From Octopus vulgaris (lineage: Eukaryota), in assembly GCA_951406725.2 (NCBI GenBank), contig OX597827.1:4712001-4776000 (forward strand): a stretch of DNA of 64,000 nucleotides, read 5' to 3'. The position numbers and the translations under genes were made by a program. The notes beneath the pieces are model-generated. The model had not been told where the DNA came from. It saw nothing but the letters and a program-made list of their open reading frames with translations, and did not search any database. Shown one piece after another: positions 12,560-24,331 of this stretch; position 1 is the stretch's first letter, and every line of letters starts with the position of its first letter.

Positions 12560-13745
12560 GATCCCTCTATCTATTACATTTCAAAGAATTCTAGCTATTC
12601 CTCTATTATCAACTCACACATGGTTAGGATTGGTTTTTCCAACACAAAAAATCTCTCACATAATATTAGTCTGTTAAATAAGAATCCAATTTCTAATACT
12701 AACACTAATTTAGCTAATACCAACTATCCCCCTAGAAATATTAATAACAAGGTTATTGTCTCTGAAGTGAATTCCAATAGAATTAAGTTTACGTTTAGTA
12801 ATTCTAAGATTAAAATCTCTAAAAACCAGTGTAAAATTAATTCAGGTACGGATGTCTTTTTTTTATATCGGTAGTTCTTCTTCTCAGTTTTCTAAAAGAA
12901 TTTCTAATCATTACTCTACATTTAGGGATAGTAATAAATGCAACAGTACAGGGCTTAGTAAATTAATTTGGTATTTAAAGGACCATAGTAAACAATTTAA
13001 TTTAGATTGGTTGAATATCTCCAGTTCATTCCCATATGATAAAGGCAAAGAATTCTGCCAACTCTGTAAAACTAACTATTTTCTATTCTTTTTTCTAAGA
13101 ATTCCCTTGTAAACAAGGTTATAGAGCGTGCTTATCGATGTAAACATTGGCAGAAACACACTTTTAGTTCATATAAGTGATATCTACCATTATATATAAT
13201 TTGAACATTGATTTGCTTCTTACATTTCACTTCCACTAGATATATCTTTTTCTAAGCCTTTAACCTTTTATTTAATTCACATATCGCTCTATATTTCTCA
13301 TTTAGTAGTTTTCTACTTATTTCTTTCCTTTACTCCTCCTCTTTCTATAGGCTACCTTTGACATTATACCCTCTAACTGTTTTTTAAAAAAACTTAAAGA
13401 ATTCCATTCATCATTATAGACATTCATCACATTCTGTTAAAATGTCTTATTGATGAGTTCGGTTTATTTCTTTCTTTCTCTGATGAGAAGATTACATTGT
13501 TTTACACCATTTTATTCCTTTGGAATAATACAAAAGTTGTCTTCGAAACAAGTGTTGGAAGTAAAAGCTTCAAATAAAATTGTTCTTAGTATGAAACAAT
13601 TGTACTAAACTACTAATCCATTCTTGTTGCTTTTTTTCTTGGTTATAATCACCCCACATTATTTAATGGTTAACACCATAAATGAATTCTGGTGCATCTA
13701 AGTTAAGTACCATATTCATTTGAATTCATTGGAATTCACTTGGAT
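12560..13745 (+). mobile_element. Penelope-like retroelement 3' remnant: GIY-YIG endonuclease pseudogene + pLTR-like end
   Basis: FFYIGSSSSQFSKRISNHYSTF...STGLSKLIWYLK...CQLCK...RCKH, matching PLE GIY-YIG motifs. The downstream segment 13590-13720 resembles 11897-12025 (tataatcacccca, aattctggtgc, taagtaccatattca). Confidence 0.75.
13474..13561 (+). ncRNA. Hammerhead ribozyme-like motif
   Basis: CTGATGA, GAAGAT/GTCTTC stem II, GAAA, CAAGTG, TT; stem I weak (tttct/ggaag). Confidence 0.5.
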
Positions 13746-13763
13746 CTTAATTGTTTTTGCTGA

Positions 13764-13841
<78 letters not shown>

Positions 13842-13976
13842 ATATATAAATATGTATGTATGTATATGTATGTATATATGTATATATATAAATATATATG
13901 TATGTATATATATATATAAATATATATGTATGTATATGTATATATGTATATTATGTATATATAAAATATGTATATA

Positions 13977-14008
<32 letters not shown>

Positions 14009-14009
14009 A

Positions 14010-15320
14010 ATTATATTAAATTAGAGATAAAACCACTATTAGGCAAATCAAACAATGAAAAACATAAGCCAATACATAAAATTAATTTAATTTATATTAT
14101 TTTAAATATATATCAAAAGTATTAAAAGTTTAATAAAAGATAAAGAGTAAAACACTACGATCGTTTCATGGCTGTACAATTCGAATAACAATAATTTAAG
14201 TTCAATTAATAATTCGAGTTATGGTTACAGTCAATCTTCAGGTTAATTGAAATATCTAAAAAATAATCAGAAATATTTAAACAATATTTTTAAGATATAA
14301 ATAATATAATAATTTTACATATAATAAACTCTATTATCAAACTAGAAACATAAAACTTAACAATTATGATTATATCAAAATCGACTATAATGTTAAATAT
14401 TAATTTTAATTTATAAGGTAGGAAACCCACCAATAATCTAATATCGGTATTAATCTATATCTAATTACATAAATATTTAAAAATGACTATTATATATAAA
14501 TTATCAATGAAAATATATAAATGTATATAAATATTATAATTAAGATCTAAAATAATCTCTATAAATAAATATATATGCACATTTAATAAAAACCTAATAA
14601 ATTAATTTTTCATATTTAAAGATGAAATAGCTAATTTCAAAATACGAATAAACAAACTTAAACGAACTTTCGGAAATCTTATGTAAAATACTTATAGAAA
14701 TAATCAATTCGTAGTAATATAGTATCGAATAAATACTATAAATACTATAAATATAATTATCAATGGGAATAACTAGCGAATATCAATTTAAAAAAACAAT
14801 AACTAAGTTATGCTATTAAATTAGACATGGCCTGGACCAATCTTTAGTTGAAACATATCTAAGTTTATCAAAGTTTATCTAATTTAATTATAAGAAATTT
14901 AAAACTACAATTAATACTATTAAAACATGTATATACAAAAGCCTAACTTTATACACCTCGTATACTTGCTATCAAACAACAAATCTATCGCTAAGTAGTA
15001 TCTTACGAAGAAACTTAAATTTAATATCTAATAATATAGAAAAGTACGATAATTAGATCATTACATAAACAACGATATTTACATAAGGAAAATATTATTA
15101 CACCAAAGACTTATACAATATTAAAATTTACAATTTGAGGATCTTAAATATAAATAAATACTTATCTTAGCGAGGTTTAGTAATTGTTTGATTTGCCTAA
15201 TAGTGGTTTTATCTCTAATTTAATATAATATAATATAATATATTTATACTATAAAATTGGATTTAATCCTAAATCTGATTTTTCCCTGTAAATTTGGATT
15301 TATTCCCTAATATTTTATTA
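14010..15320 (-). mobile_element. Very AT-rich non-autonomous Penelope-like element with 47-bp inverted duplication
   Basis: Perfect IR 14010-14056 / 15183-15229; hammerhead on the minus strand; terminal block 15243-15315 nearly identical to 20583-20655. Confidence 0.6.
14153..14244 (-). ncRNA. Hammerhead ribozyme motif
   Basis: Minus strand: CTGAAGA, TTGACTGTA...TACAGCCAT, GAAA, palindromic CGATCG, TA; stem I poorly paired. Confidence 0.55.
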
Positions 15321-15410
15321 TTAATATATATATATGTATATATATAAATATATATGTATATATATATATATATATATATAAATATGTATATGCATATTTA
15401 TATATAAATA

Positions 15411-15632
15411 TATACCATTCAATGTGTGACCGCGTGTGTATCATTGGAAATTTTCTTTCTCCGTTTTCCCTTCCTTGGACATTTCCTTTTTCTATGTTTC
15501 TGACAAAGAGCTCCACTCGAAACGTTAAATCCTCCTTCTTTCTTTCCTTTCCTGAGCGTCCAATAACACTATAATTGTTTCACGTCCTCGCGTTATTGTG
15601 TTTTCTCTTTGATCATGTTTGAATTAACTATA
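15411..15632 (+). mobile_element. Short repeat with degenerate hammerhead core (related copy inverted at 20935-21110)
   Basis: TTT-CTGACAA-AGAGCTCCACTC-GAAA-CG-TT-AAA; shares cctgagcgtc, cacgtcctcgcgtt and ttaactata blocks with 20935-21110. Confidence 0.5.
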
Positions 15633-15784
15633 TATACAAATATATATCTATATATAGATATGTATAATATACGTAAATATATATGTGTATATATATGTAT
15701 ATAAATGTATATATATAAATATACATATGTATGTGTATATATGTATATAAACATATAAGATCAAGAGCAGTCATGACAAATGTA

Positions 15785-16024
15785 AACAGTTCTTAAAGGA
15801 AAGCGTTTTGCAGATGTGGAAGAGGTGAAGGAAAAAATGATGGAAGCATTAAAAGGCATCACTTTACAGAGTTCCAGGACTGCTTCGAATTGTGGAAGAT
15901 GTGTTTGGACCAATGCATTACTTGAAATGGAAAATACTTTGAAGGCGATTTAAGTGTAAACATGTAAAATTAAGTGAATAAAATACTATTGCAAAATTCC
16001 AGTTACTTTTGGGTACCCCCTCAT
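15785..16024 (+). mobile_element. Mariner 3' fragment
   Basis: LKGKRFADVEEVKEKMMEALKGI plus GKYFEGD-like C-terminus and TIR-like end ...ttacttttgggtaccccctcata. Confidence 0.75.
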
Positions 16025-16650
16025 ATATATATATATATATATAGATGTATAAAGGTTGAATTCATCCTTTAATTGGGGGTTTCCAAAAAAGATTTCTAAT
16101 GTTGATTCTGATTCTTCATACTTTGCTGGGATTTTACAGGCATAAATTTGCGAAGATATGCAAGTAGTACTTGTATATAATGTATGACGATTTAGAATCT
16201 TCTCCATTTTATTTTTTTTATTAGAAATCAAGTTTTTATTAATAATATCTTTGCAAAAAAATCATATTCTCTATGACTTATATTGAGAACAATTCTCTCA
16301 TTTTCCTAACATAAAACGATGTTGTGCATTGTGTGCACGCATGCATGCACACACACACACACACACAAATAAGTATGCATTTGTGTAGATGTATATTAAA
16401 ATGCACATGTGTAATTGTGTGTGTGCACAGACACAATCTACAACATTGGTTTATGTTAGGTATGTGAAATAAGTGTTATTATATACGTAATAAATATATA
16501 CATACACACACAGTCACTCATATATACACACAAATATGTATTTGTGTAGATATATATCAAAATGCATGTGTAATTGTGTGTGTGTGTATATATTAATATG
16601 TAGAACTTATATGTATTAAGCATTTTATTTATATAGGTATATGTATTTAT

Positions 16651-16693
<43 letters not shown>

Positions 16694-16716
16694 GTGTGTG
16701 TGTGTGTATATATATA

Positions 16717-17968
16717 TATAGTGTCATCCAATAAATAATGCAGTTTCTTTCAATTGCATGAACTAAAAGTCAGAGGGGGATGGGACAAACTACCGGCATC
16801 AACTTGCTATAAACCAGGCAATAAATTAACCTTGTACTTATTCTTAGTGTAAGTTTTGAAGAGTACAGTTCAATTTTAACAGTTATTTTACAAAGCTATA
16901 ATGGAAGTGGCAAAGGAGCGTATTTTGTTTTATGAGTTCAATAAAGGCAATAATGCAATGGAAATTGCAAGGTATATTAATGCAGTATATGGAGATCTGA
17001 CAATAAGTGTAATCCAGTGTCAATGGTGGTTCCAGAAATTCTGAGACAAAACCTACAGCCTAAAAGACAAGCCTTGTCCTTGAAGCTCTGTAAAGCTCGA
17101 TGAGAACATCCTGCAAATTCTGGTGCAACAAAATCCTCTCGTAACTGTTGAGGAACTAGCAGAGAAGCTTGGATTTGGTCATTCCACCATTCATCAACAC
17201 TTGTGTGCCATCAGAAAAGTCAGCAAATTAAGTCAATGGGTTCATCACAAACTTTCCGCGTCTATGAATGTTTACTCTTCTTTGGTGTCACGTCTCACGC
17301 TTGAATCTTTTTTTAACCGAATATTGACAGGTGACAGGAAATGAGTTCCCTATAAAAATGTCAAGCGCCAAGGACAGTGGGTAGGGAAAGGAGAAACATC
17401 ATATCCCAGGTTAAAGAAGGTCTTCATCCTTGTAACGTTTTGTTATCTGTTTGGTGGGATATGAAAGGTTTAGTTTACTCTGAACTTTTAAACCCAAACT
17501 AAACATTAACAAAGGAGATCTACTGCAAACAGCTTGAGTAGCTAAAGTCAGTGTCAGAAGAAAAACGACCATCTTTGGTTTCAAGATGAAAGATATTCTT
17601 CGATCAGGATAATGCTTGGCCACATTCAGTGAGGAAGACATTCCAAAGACTGGAGCAATTTGAATGGGAAACAATGCCCCACCCACCATATTAGCCAAAC
17701 ATTGCCCGATCTGATTATCATTTATTCCGCAGTCTTCAAAATCATTTGGAAGGAAAAAATATGAATTCTGTAGACAAGGTCAGAATTGTACTGGAGGAGT
17801 ATTTTACATCATGGACAAGTGAATTTTGAAAGTCTACCTGATAGATGGAAGAGCATTGAAGAAAATCAAGGACAGTATATTATAGATTAAAAAAGAAATT
17901 TGTTTATCTTAATTTTGAAAAATAAAATAAATATAAAAAAGCTGCATTATTTATGGGATGACCCAATA
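16717..17968 (+). mobile_element. Full-length (~1.25 kb) decayed mariner
   Basis: TIRs tatagtgtcatccaataaataatgcag / ctgcattatttatgggatgacccaata; remnants QWVHHKL, RILTGDRK, QDNAWPH, HPPY*PNIARSDYHLFRSLQ with many stops. Confidence 0.9.
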
Positions 17969-18329
17969 TATGTATATATATAAATATAATAGATATGTAG
18001 TGTTTTATATCTGTATAATATTCAGTATTGAAATAAATCTGATGTATATATTACCACAACGTTATAGAATTATCAATGCATGGGCTACAATCATTTGATA
18101 ACATAAACACACAGGATTAATTCAAACTCTATCCTTTCACAAAGAAATTTATTCAAAGTGAGATTCTCAGACGAAATTGGCCGAAAAATGTAAAACATAG
18201 ACATGAAACTTAATAAAATTTTTGTTTATGATGCAAGTCATACGCACTAAATTTGTTCCAGAGCCAATACATGCAAAAACATTAGGATAGGAGAGTCCTT
18301 ATGAGATGAAGAATAAAAGTCTTAAATTG

Positions 18330-19450
18330 CAGATATAAAGAACTTCATAAGTTTGAAAATACACTCAAACTCTTCTGTGGAAATGAAAAGGAAGAAAGAA
18401 AAGAAGCAGAGCAATTGACAAAAAAACCTCAGACGTTCTACAAATTTGTAAAAGAATCTGCCTTGGAGCATATTCTTTTACAATCTAAAGAAAATGGTTC
18501 ACTAACTGCAGAACTGATGAGGATAAGTGAAATACTCAACAAACAATTCCAGGGTATCTTAACCCATTTATTGGGAAGTATGCAGAAAATCAAATCTGAT
18601 GAGTTCTTCAGCATTACAGGTTTTGCTGTCAGGTTTTGTATACAAGGAAAATACAACCATCTCTTACATTGACATAAAAGAAGAGAATGTAGTATTGGTC
18701 AATAATTATCTCATGAATGAATTTGAAATCAGTGGTAGATTGATGGTTTACTTGTTATTCTTTTAACGACATGCAAGGAAGCTCTGACAAAACCACTGCA
18801 GATACTTTTCCAGTGCTTCATGAAAAGTGGCAAACTTCCCAGAATGCTGTATGAGGGTATTATATACCTTATCCATAAAAGAGGGAGCAGAACAGCTGTT
18901 AGGAATTGCAGGCCTGTCTCTCTGATCCCACATGTCAGCAAATCCATGGAATTCATTATCAGAAGGAGGCTGATTATGTTCTTAGAAGAAAATGGCTTGC
19001 TAGTTAATACACAACATGGCTCCTGTGCAGGAAGGAGCAGTGTCACACAGCTCATACAGCCCTGTGACTGAGTACTGATACAAGAGCAAATTCATTCAAA
19101 TGTGGGTGTAATATATCTTGGCTTTGCCAAAGCCTTCAACAAAGTCATTCACAGGTTGATATATCACGAATTGCATAATCTTGGTATCATTAGTATACTG
19201 GGGAATGGTTGCATAATTTTAAAAAAGATTGGATTCAGATGGTTGCAGCCATTGCTGTTTACTCTGAGGTGACATCAATACTAAGTGGACTCCCACAAAG
19301 AACTATACTGTGAGCACTATTGTTTGTGGTTGCTCTCTCAGACATGCCTTCAGTCATACTTTAAATCACTCTCACCAGCTTTGCTGATGATACATAAGTA
19401 TCACAAGCTATGAAGGTCCCTCAAGATACTTCAAAGCTAGAGAAAAATTA
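18330..19450 (+). mobile_element. CR1-like LINE reverse transcriptase remnant
   Basis: HKRGSR..RNCRPVSL, QHGSCAGRSSVTQL, YLGFAKAFNKV, SGLPQRTIL and FADDT motifs with stops and frameshifts. Confidence 0.85.
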
Positions 19451-19627
19451 CTATCATTTGATCTCTGTCTGAAGAATTTCTAATAGGAAATGTCTTACAG
19501 GCTTATCCAAATTTGTGATTCTTATTAGCAAATGGAATATATGTAGTGGTGAATATATAATACCAAACAATTTTCCAACTTCCTGTTTCATATATACCAT
19601 ATTGTATAGCGTATATATATATATAAC

Positions 19628-19839
19628 TCTTTTATTTGTTTCAGTCATTTGACTGTGGCCATGCTGGAATACCGCCTTTAGTTGAACAAACATGACTTAA
19701 TCTTTGTAAGCCTAGTACTTATTCTATCAGTCTCTTTTGCCAAGCCGCTAAGTTACAGGGAAGTAAACACACAAACATCAGTTGTCAGGCAATGGTGGGG
19801 GGACAAACACAGATACACACACACACACACACATGCACA

Positions 19840-19881
<42 letters not shown>

Positions 19882-20016
19882 ACAGGCGTCTTTCAGCTTC
19901 TGTCTATGAAATCCACTCACAAGGCTTTGGTCAGCCCTAGGCTATAGAAGAAGACACTTGTCCAAGGTGCCATGCTGTGGGAACCATCTGGTTGGGAAGC
20001 AAGCTACTTACCACAC
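19628..20016 (-). mobile_element. SINE family A copy
   Basis: Similarity to the other A copies; long internal (CA)n. Confidence 0.85.
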
Positions 20017-20342
20017 ATCAACATCTGTCTTCTATACCAGATGACTGAGCCAAACCTCACCTTTTAAGCATGGTTTTTATGGCTGGATGCCAACCACTTC
20101 ACAGAGGAGACTCGGTGCTTTTTGCATGACAACAGCATTGTATTTGTAATGCATACACAGCGATGGAAAATGGGTGATGACATATATATATGTGTGTGTT
20201 ATATAGATATATATATATATGTGTGTATGTGTTATATATATATATATATAATATTAATTCGAGACAAAACCACTATTTTGCAAAACAAACAAGGAAAGAC
20301 TTAATCAATACATAGAAATTTTTAATATAAAGAAATAAACCG

Positions 20343-20385
20343 CCACTACAATCGTTTCATGTCTTCAATGACATTCGTCAGGTGG
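20343..20385 (-). ncRNA. Intact minimal type-I hammerhead ribozyme
   Basis: CCAC-CTGACGA-ATGTC attgaa GACAT-GAAA-CGATTG-TA-GTGG: all core nucleotides present; stems I and II perfectly paired. Confidence 0.8.
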
Positions 20386-20438
20386 ATTTTCGATCTCCTA
20401 ATCTGTTTTAAATTAAAACAGATTAGGAGATCGAAAAT

Positions 20439-20481
20439 CCACCTGACAAATGTCATTGAAGACATGAAACGATTGTAGTGG
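20439..20481 (+). ncRNA. Mirror hammerhead copy with core G8->A change (probably impaired)
   Basis: CCAC-CTGACAA-ATGTC attgaa GACAT-GAAA-CGATTG-TA-GTGG. Confidence 0.65.
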
Positions 20482-20805
20482 CGGTTTATTTCTTTATATT
20501 AAAAATTTCTATGTATTGATTAAGTCTTTCCTTGTTTGTTTTGCAAAATAGTGGTTTTGTCTCGAATTAATATTATATAATATTTTACTATAAAATTGGA
20601 TTTAATCCTAAATCTGATTTTTTCCCTGTAAATTTGGATTTATTCCCTAATATTTATTATTATATATATATGGTAAAAACGGTAAGATAACAAAAGAAAG
20701 AAAGATACCTCAATATTATGTAAATAGAGGAAATTTATCTATGAAATATGTTGCAATTATTCAATAGCCAAGATAAAACTCTGAGTTTCGGTTATCTGGT
20801 TATCC

Positions 20806-20868
20806 AGATAACTGAAGAGATGGTGTTGTGGATTTCCACCTCAGCATCTGAAACTCAGAGTTTTATCT
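20806..20868 (+). ncRNA. Hammerhead ribozyme motif inside a 36-bp inverted duplication
   Basis: AGATAA-CTGAAGA-GATGGTG...CAGCATCT-GAAA-CTCAGAG-TT-TTATCT; IR arms 20754-20789 / 20850-20885. Confidence 0.65.
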
Positions 20869-21424
20869 TGGCTATTGAATAATTGTCACATATTATTATT
20901 TTTACAGATATAATATATATATATATATGTATATATAGTTAATCCAAACAAGAAAACACAGAAAAAACACAGCAACGCGAGGACGTGGAACAATTAAAGT
21001 ATTATTTGACGCTCAGGAAAGAAGGGAAGAGTGGAGCTCTTCGTTGGAAACAAAGGAGAAGGAAAGATCCCGAGAAGGGAAGACAGAGGAAAAAAATATT
21101 TTTGCTGGTGGTATATATGTATATATATATATATATACATATATATGCTGTAGAACCCCTCAAAACTGAAACCCATTATTTAATGTCCTAGCTTAATTTC
21201 ATTATCCATGAAGTCAATCAAGTAGTATCAATATATGTAATCATCATAAGCCATGGACCCAAAAAAATGTTAAGCCTCGCAAGAATGAAGGACAACTCAG
21301 AGTAATGAAACTCCATGATGTAAAAAATTCACAACCATACATCCCCATCTTCAACTGCCTATCAGCAATCATTATGATTTCAACAACTGGGCATTCAATC
21401 TGGTAGTGTCAGGAGTGTTTAATA

Positions 21425-21810
21425 GGGGGGAGCACTCTGTCGGTTACGACGATGAGGGTCCCAGCTGATACGATCAATGGAACAGCTTGCTCGTGGAATT
21501 AACGTGCAAGTGGCTGAGCACTCCACAGACACGTGTACCCTTAACGTAGTTCTCAAGGAGATTCAGCGTGACACAGAGAGTGACAAGGACGGCCCTTTGA
21601 AATACAGGTACAACAGAAACAGGAAGAAAGAGTGAGAGAAAGTTGTGGTGAAAGAGTACAGCAGGGTTCACCACCATCCCCTGCAGGAGCCTCATGAAGC
21701 TTTAGGTGTTTTCGCTCAATAAACACTCACAATGCCCGGTCTGGGAATCAAAACCGCGATCCTACGACCACGAGTCCGCTGCCCTAACCACTGGGCCATT
21801 GCGACTCCAC
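21425..21810 (-). mobile_element. SINE family B with TSD
   Basis: Reverse copy of the 7631 element; TSD agtgtttaata at 21414-21424 and 21811-21821. Confidence 0.9.
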
Positions 21811-22472
21811 AGTGTTTAATAACACTGCCTGGAAATCAGTAGACAAATAGCAGGAGTGAAACATTGGCATGATATGCTTATTATGCCAACACTTGCTTAT
21901 TATCATCAATAACAACATCAAATATAAACAAAATAGTATTAAGTAATAACTAAATGCTAGAAATTATGAAAAACAAAATGTATCTATAAAACAAAGAAAC
22001 TCCTCCCACAAAGGACATTGTGAACAAAAAATGCTGTCGTACAAAGCAGAACTAATGAACTAACCATATTGAACAAAACCTACTGAATCACTGATACATG
22101 ACATGATAATAACAACACAAGGAACAACATTGCTACAATCTCAAACATATAGATCCATTAACAGACATAGACCAATAGATACGCTGTTTCTTATTCTACA
22201 AGAGTAAGTCAGAAAGTAAACGCTTACTAGCTCAGTTTCATAAAATGTATTCCAAACATGAAACCACTCCAAAAACAAACCAACTAGCAGAACAATATAC
22301 CTTTTAATCAGTGTTCATAAACCATGCCAAGTTAAAAAGACAAGCATAGATAAATATCTATTAAATATGTCTAATTATAGAAAATAGATTAACTGAATTA
22401 ATTGTTGATTAAAAATAAGAAATAAAACTAAACAGATTATTATATAGATACACGAATAATATAATGTGTATA

Positions 22473-22700
22473 TCATCATCATTTAACTTTTATTTTCCAT
22501 GCTGGCATGGGTTGGATGGCTTCACAGGAACTGGTAGGGCCAGAGGACACACTCCATAGCCTGTTTTGGCTTGATTTCTACAGCTGGATGCCCTTCCTAA
22601 TGCCAGCCGCTTTGCAGTGTGTACTGGCTGCTTTTTACATGGGAACATCGCCAATACTGTTTGTGGCAACATCAGTGCTTTTTACACGACACCAGCACCA
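22473..22700 (-). mobile_element. Family C (RTE 3' UTR) diverged copy
   Basis: catcatcatttaac..ttccatgctggcatgggttggatgg...gatgcccttcctaatgcc. Confidence 0.7.
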
Positions 22701-22978
22701 ACACCAATGCATTTTGTGTGGCAACTTGGTTATTGTTTTACATTTCTCTGTATTATATATATATATATATATACTTACACACATATATATATATATGTAC
22801 ATATATATATACATATATATATGCATACATATATATATATATATATATACATACATACATACATACATACATAGATACATACATATATATACAGATATAC
22901 ATACATTTATATATATATTTATGTAAATGTATGTATATATTATATTTATGTTTAATATATATATATAATATATATATA

Positions 22979-23095
22979 TGGCCTGCTCTATTAGCCAGCA
23001 GGGTGGGGTCATTCGAAGGCTAAAACAATGCGAATGCATTGTGACCAGCAATGTGTAATAACATCTGATGGTCTGGTCGGTCACGTGATCACGTG

Positions 23096-23099
<4 letters not shown>
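22979..23099 (+). mobile_element. 3' tail of the SINE B2 variant (5'-truncated)
   Basis: Nearly identical to 45331-45450; ends ggtcacgtgatcacgtgat. Confidence 0.75.
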
Positions 23100-23130
<31 letters not shown>

Positions 23131-23231
23131 ATATGTATATATGTATATATGTGAAAAACTAAAAAGAAAATATATATAAATATACATATATGTGTTTAAT
23201 ATATATATACATATATATGTATTTGTATATA

Positions 23232-23268
<37 letters not shown>

Positions 23269-23935
23269 ATATATATATATATATAATAATATAAATGTAT
23301 ATGCATATATACATATGTATATGTACATACTTACATCTACACATATATATATGCATATATGGGCACAGGACGTCACACAACGTGTACAACAAAGATACGA
23401 AGCATGATGAATACATGGAATATGAACTATTTTTTCGAACAGCGAGTGTTCATCAGTTGTTGGCTGTTTCTCTGCTCTCATATTTCGAGCATTTAACAAG
23501 AAGATATGCTTTTGGTGAAACATTTGCTCCTGCAAAGCAAATTAAATAAAATTTGGGATTTTTTGCGGAGGGTCAAAATTGCTAACACAAACAGGACAGT
23601 GAAAACAAGCAGGAAGGGCTGCTAAGCCTAAACGAGGTTGTGGTGGTGAACGTGTAAATGAAGCTTGGACAGGAGACAGAAAACAACATGGAGAGAAAGA
23701 AAGAAACACAAGTTAGGAAAAGAAAGAAAGATGGCTGATGGTCACGTGGGAGCCATGTGAGCAAAAGAGGAAGAGTGAGGGAGAGAGAGTGACAGACAGA
23801 GAACTGTGAAGGGGAGGTAGAAGAATAACAGGGGAAGGGAGAAAAAACAAAAGAATAATAAATATATATGTATATATGTGAAAAACTAAAAAGAAAATAT
23901 GTATAAATATACATACATATATGTATATATATATA

Positions 23936-24331
23936 CTAGCAGTATCGCCCGGCGTTGCTCGGGTTTGTAAGGGAAATAACTATATAAGCATTTTTAGAGA
24001 GTTATAGCCAAAAAATAGCAAAAAAATGCATTAAAAATAGAAAAAATGATGGTAAATTTTTTTTAAATCGTTGACTCATCGTAGACATTTTTAGAGAGTT
24101 ACTTCCCTTATATAATAGCAAAAACAATGCATTAAAATAGGAAAAAATGATGGTAAATTATTTTTAAAATCGTAGACTCATCGTAGACGTGCGCTAATAC
24201 CCAGAAGGGCTCGATATGAATCACGACTATAAGATACCCGGTTTTTGTTAAACTGCACCGCAAAATGTGGGAGTAGTTAGGAATCTAAATCATAGTAGAC
24301 AGACACACAACTTCACTTTTATATATAAAGA
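23936..24331 (-). mobile_element. Non-autonomous Helitron
   Basis: Minus strand begins A|TC (TCTTTATATATAAAAG) and ends with hairpin CCCGAGCAACGCCGGG followed by CTAG|T; no TSD; internal ~97-bp tandem duplication. Confidence 0.85.

Larger units (their letters stand above)
20245..20579. repeat. Near-perfect palindrome (167-bp arms, 1-nt loop) of a Penelope pLTR-like sequence
   Basis: Arms are reverse complements around 20412, with one mismatch seen (20376/20448). Confidence 0.92.

Noticed and set aside
23440-23530. CTGATGA and GAAA motifs on the minus strand
   Set aside because: Could not build consistent hammerhead stems in the required order.
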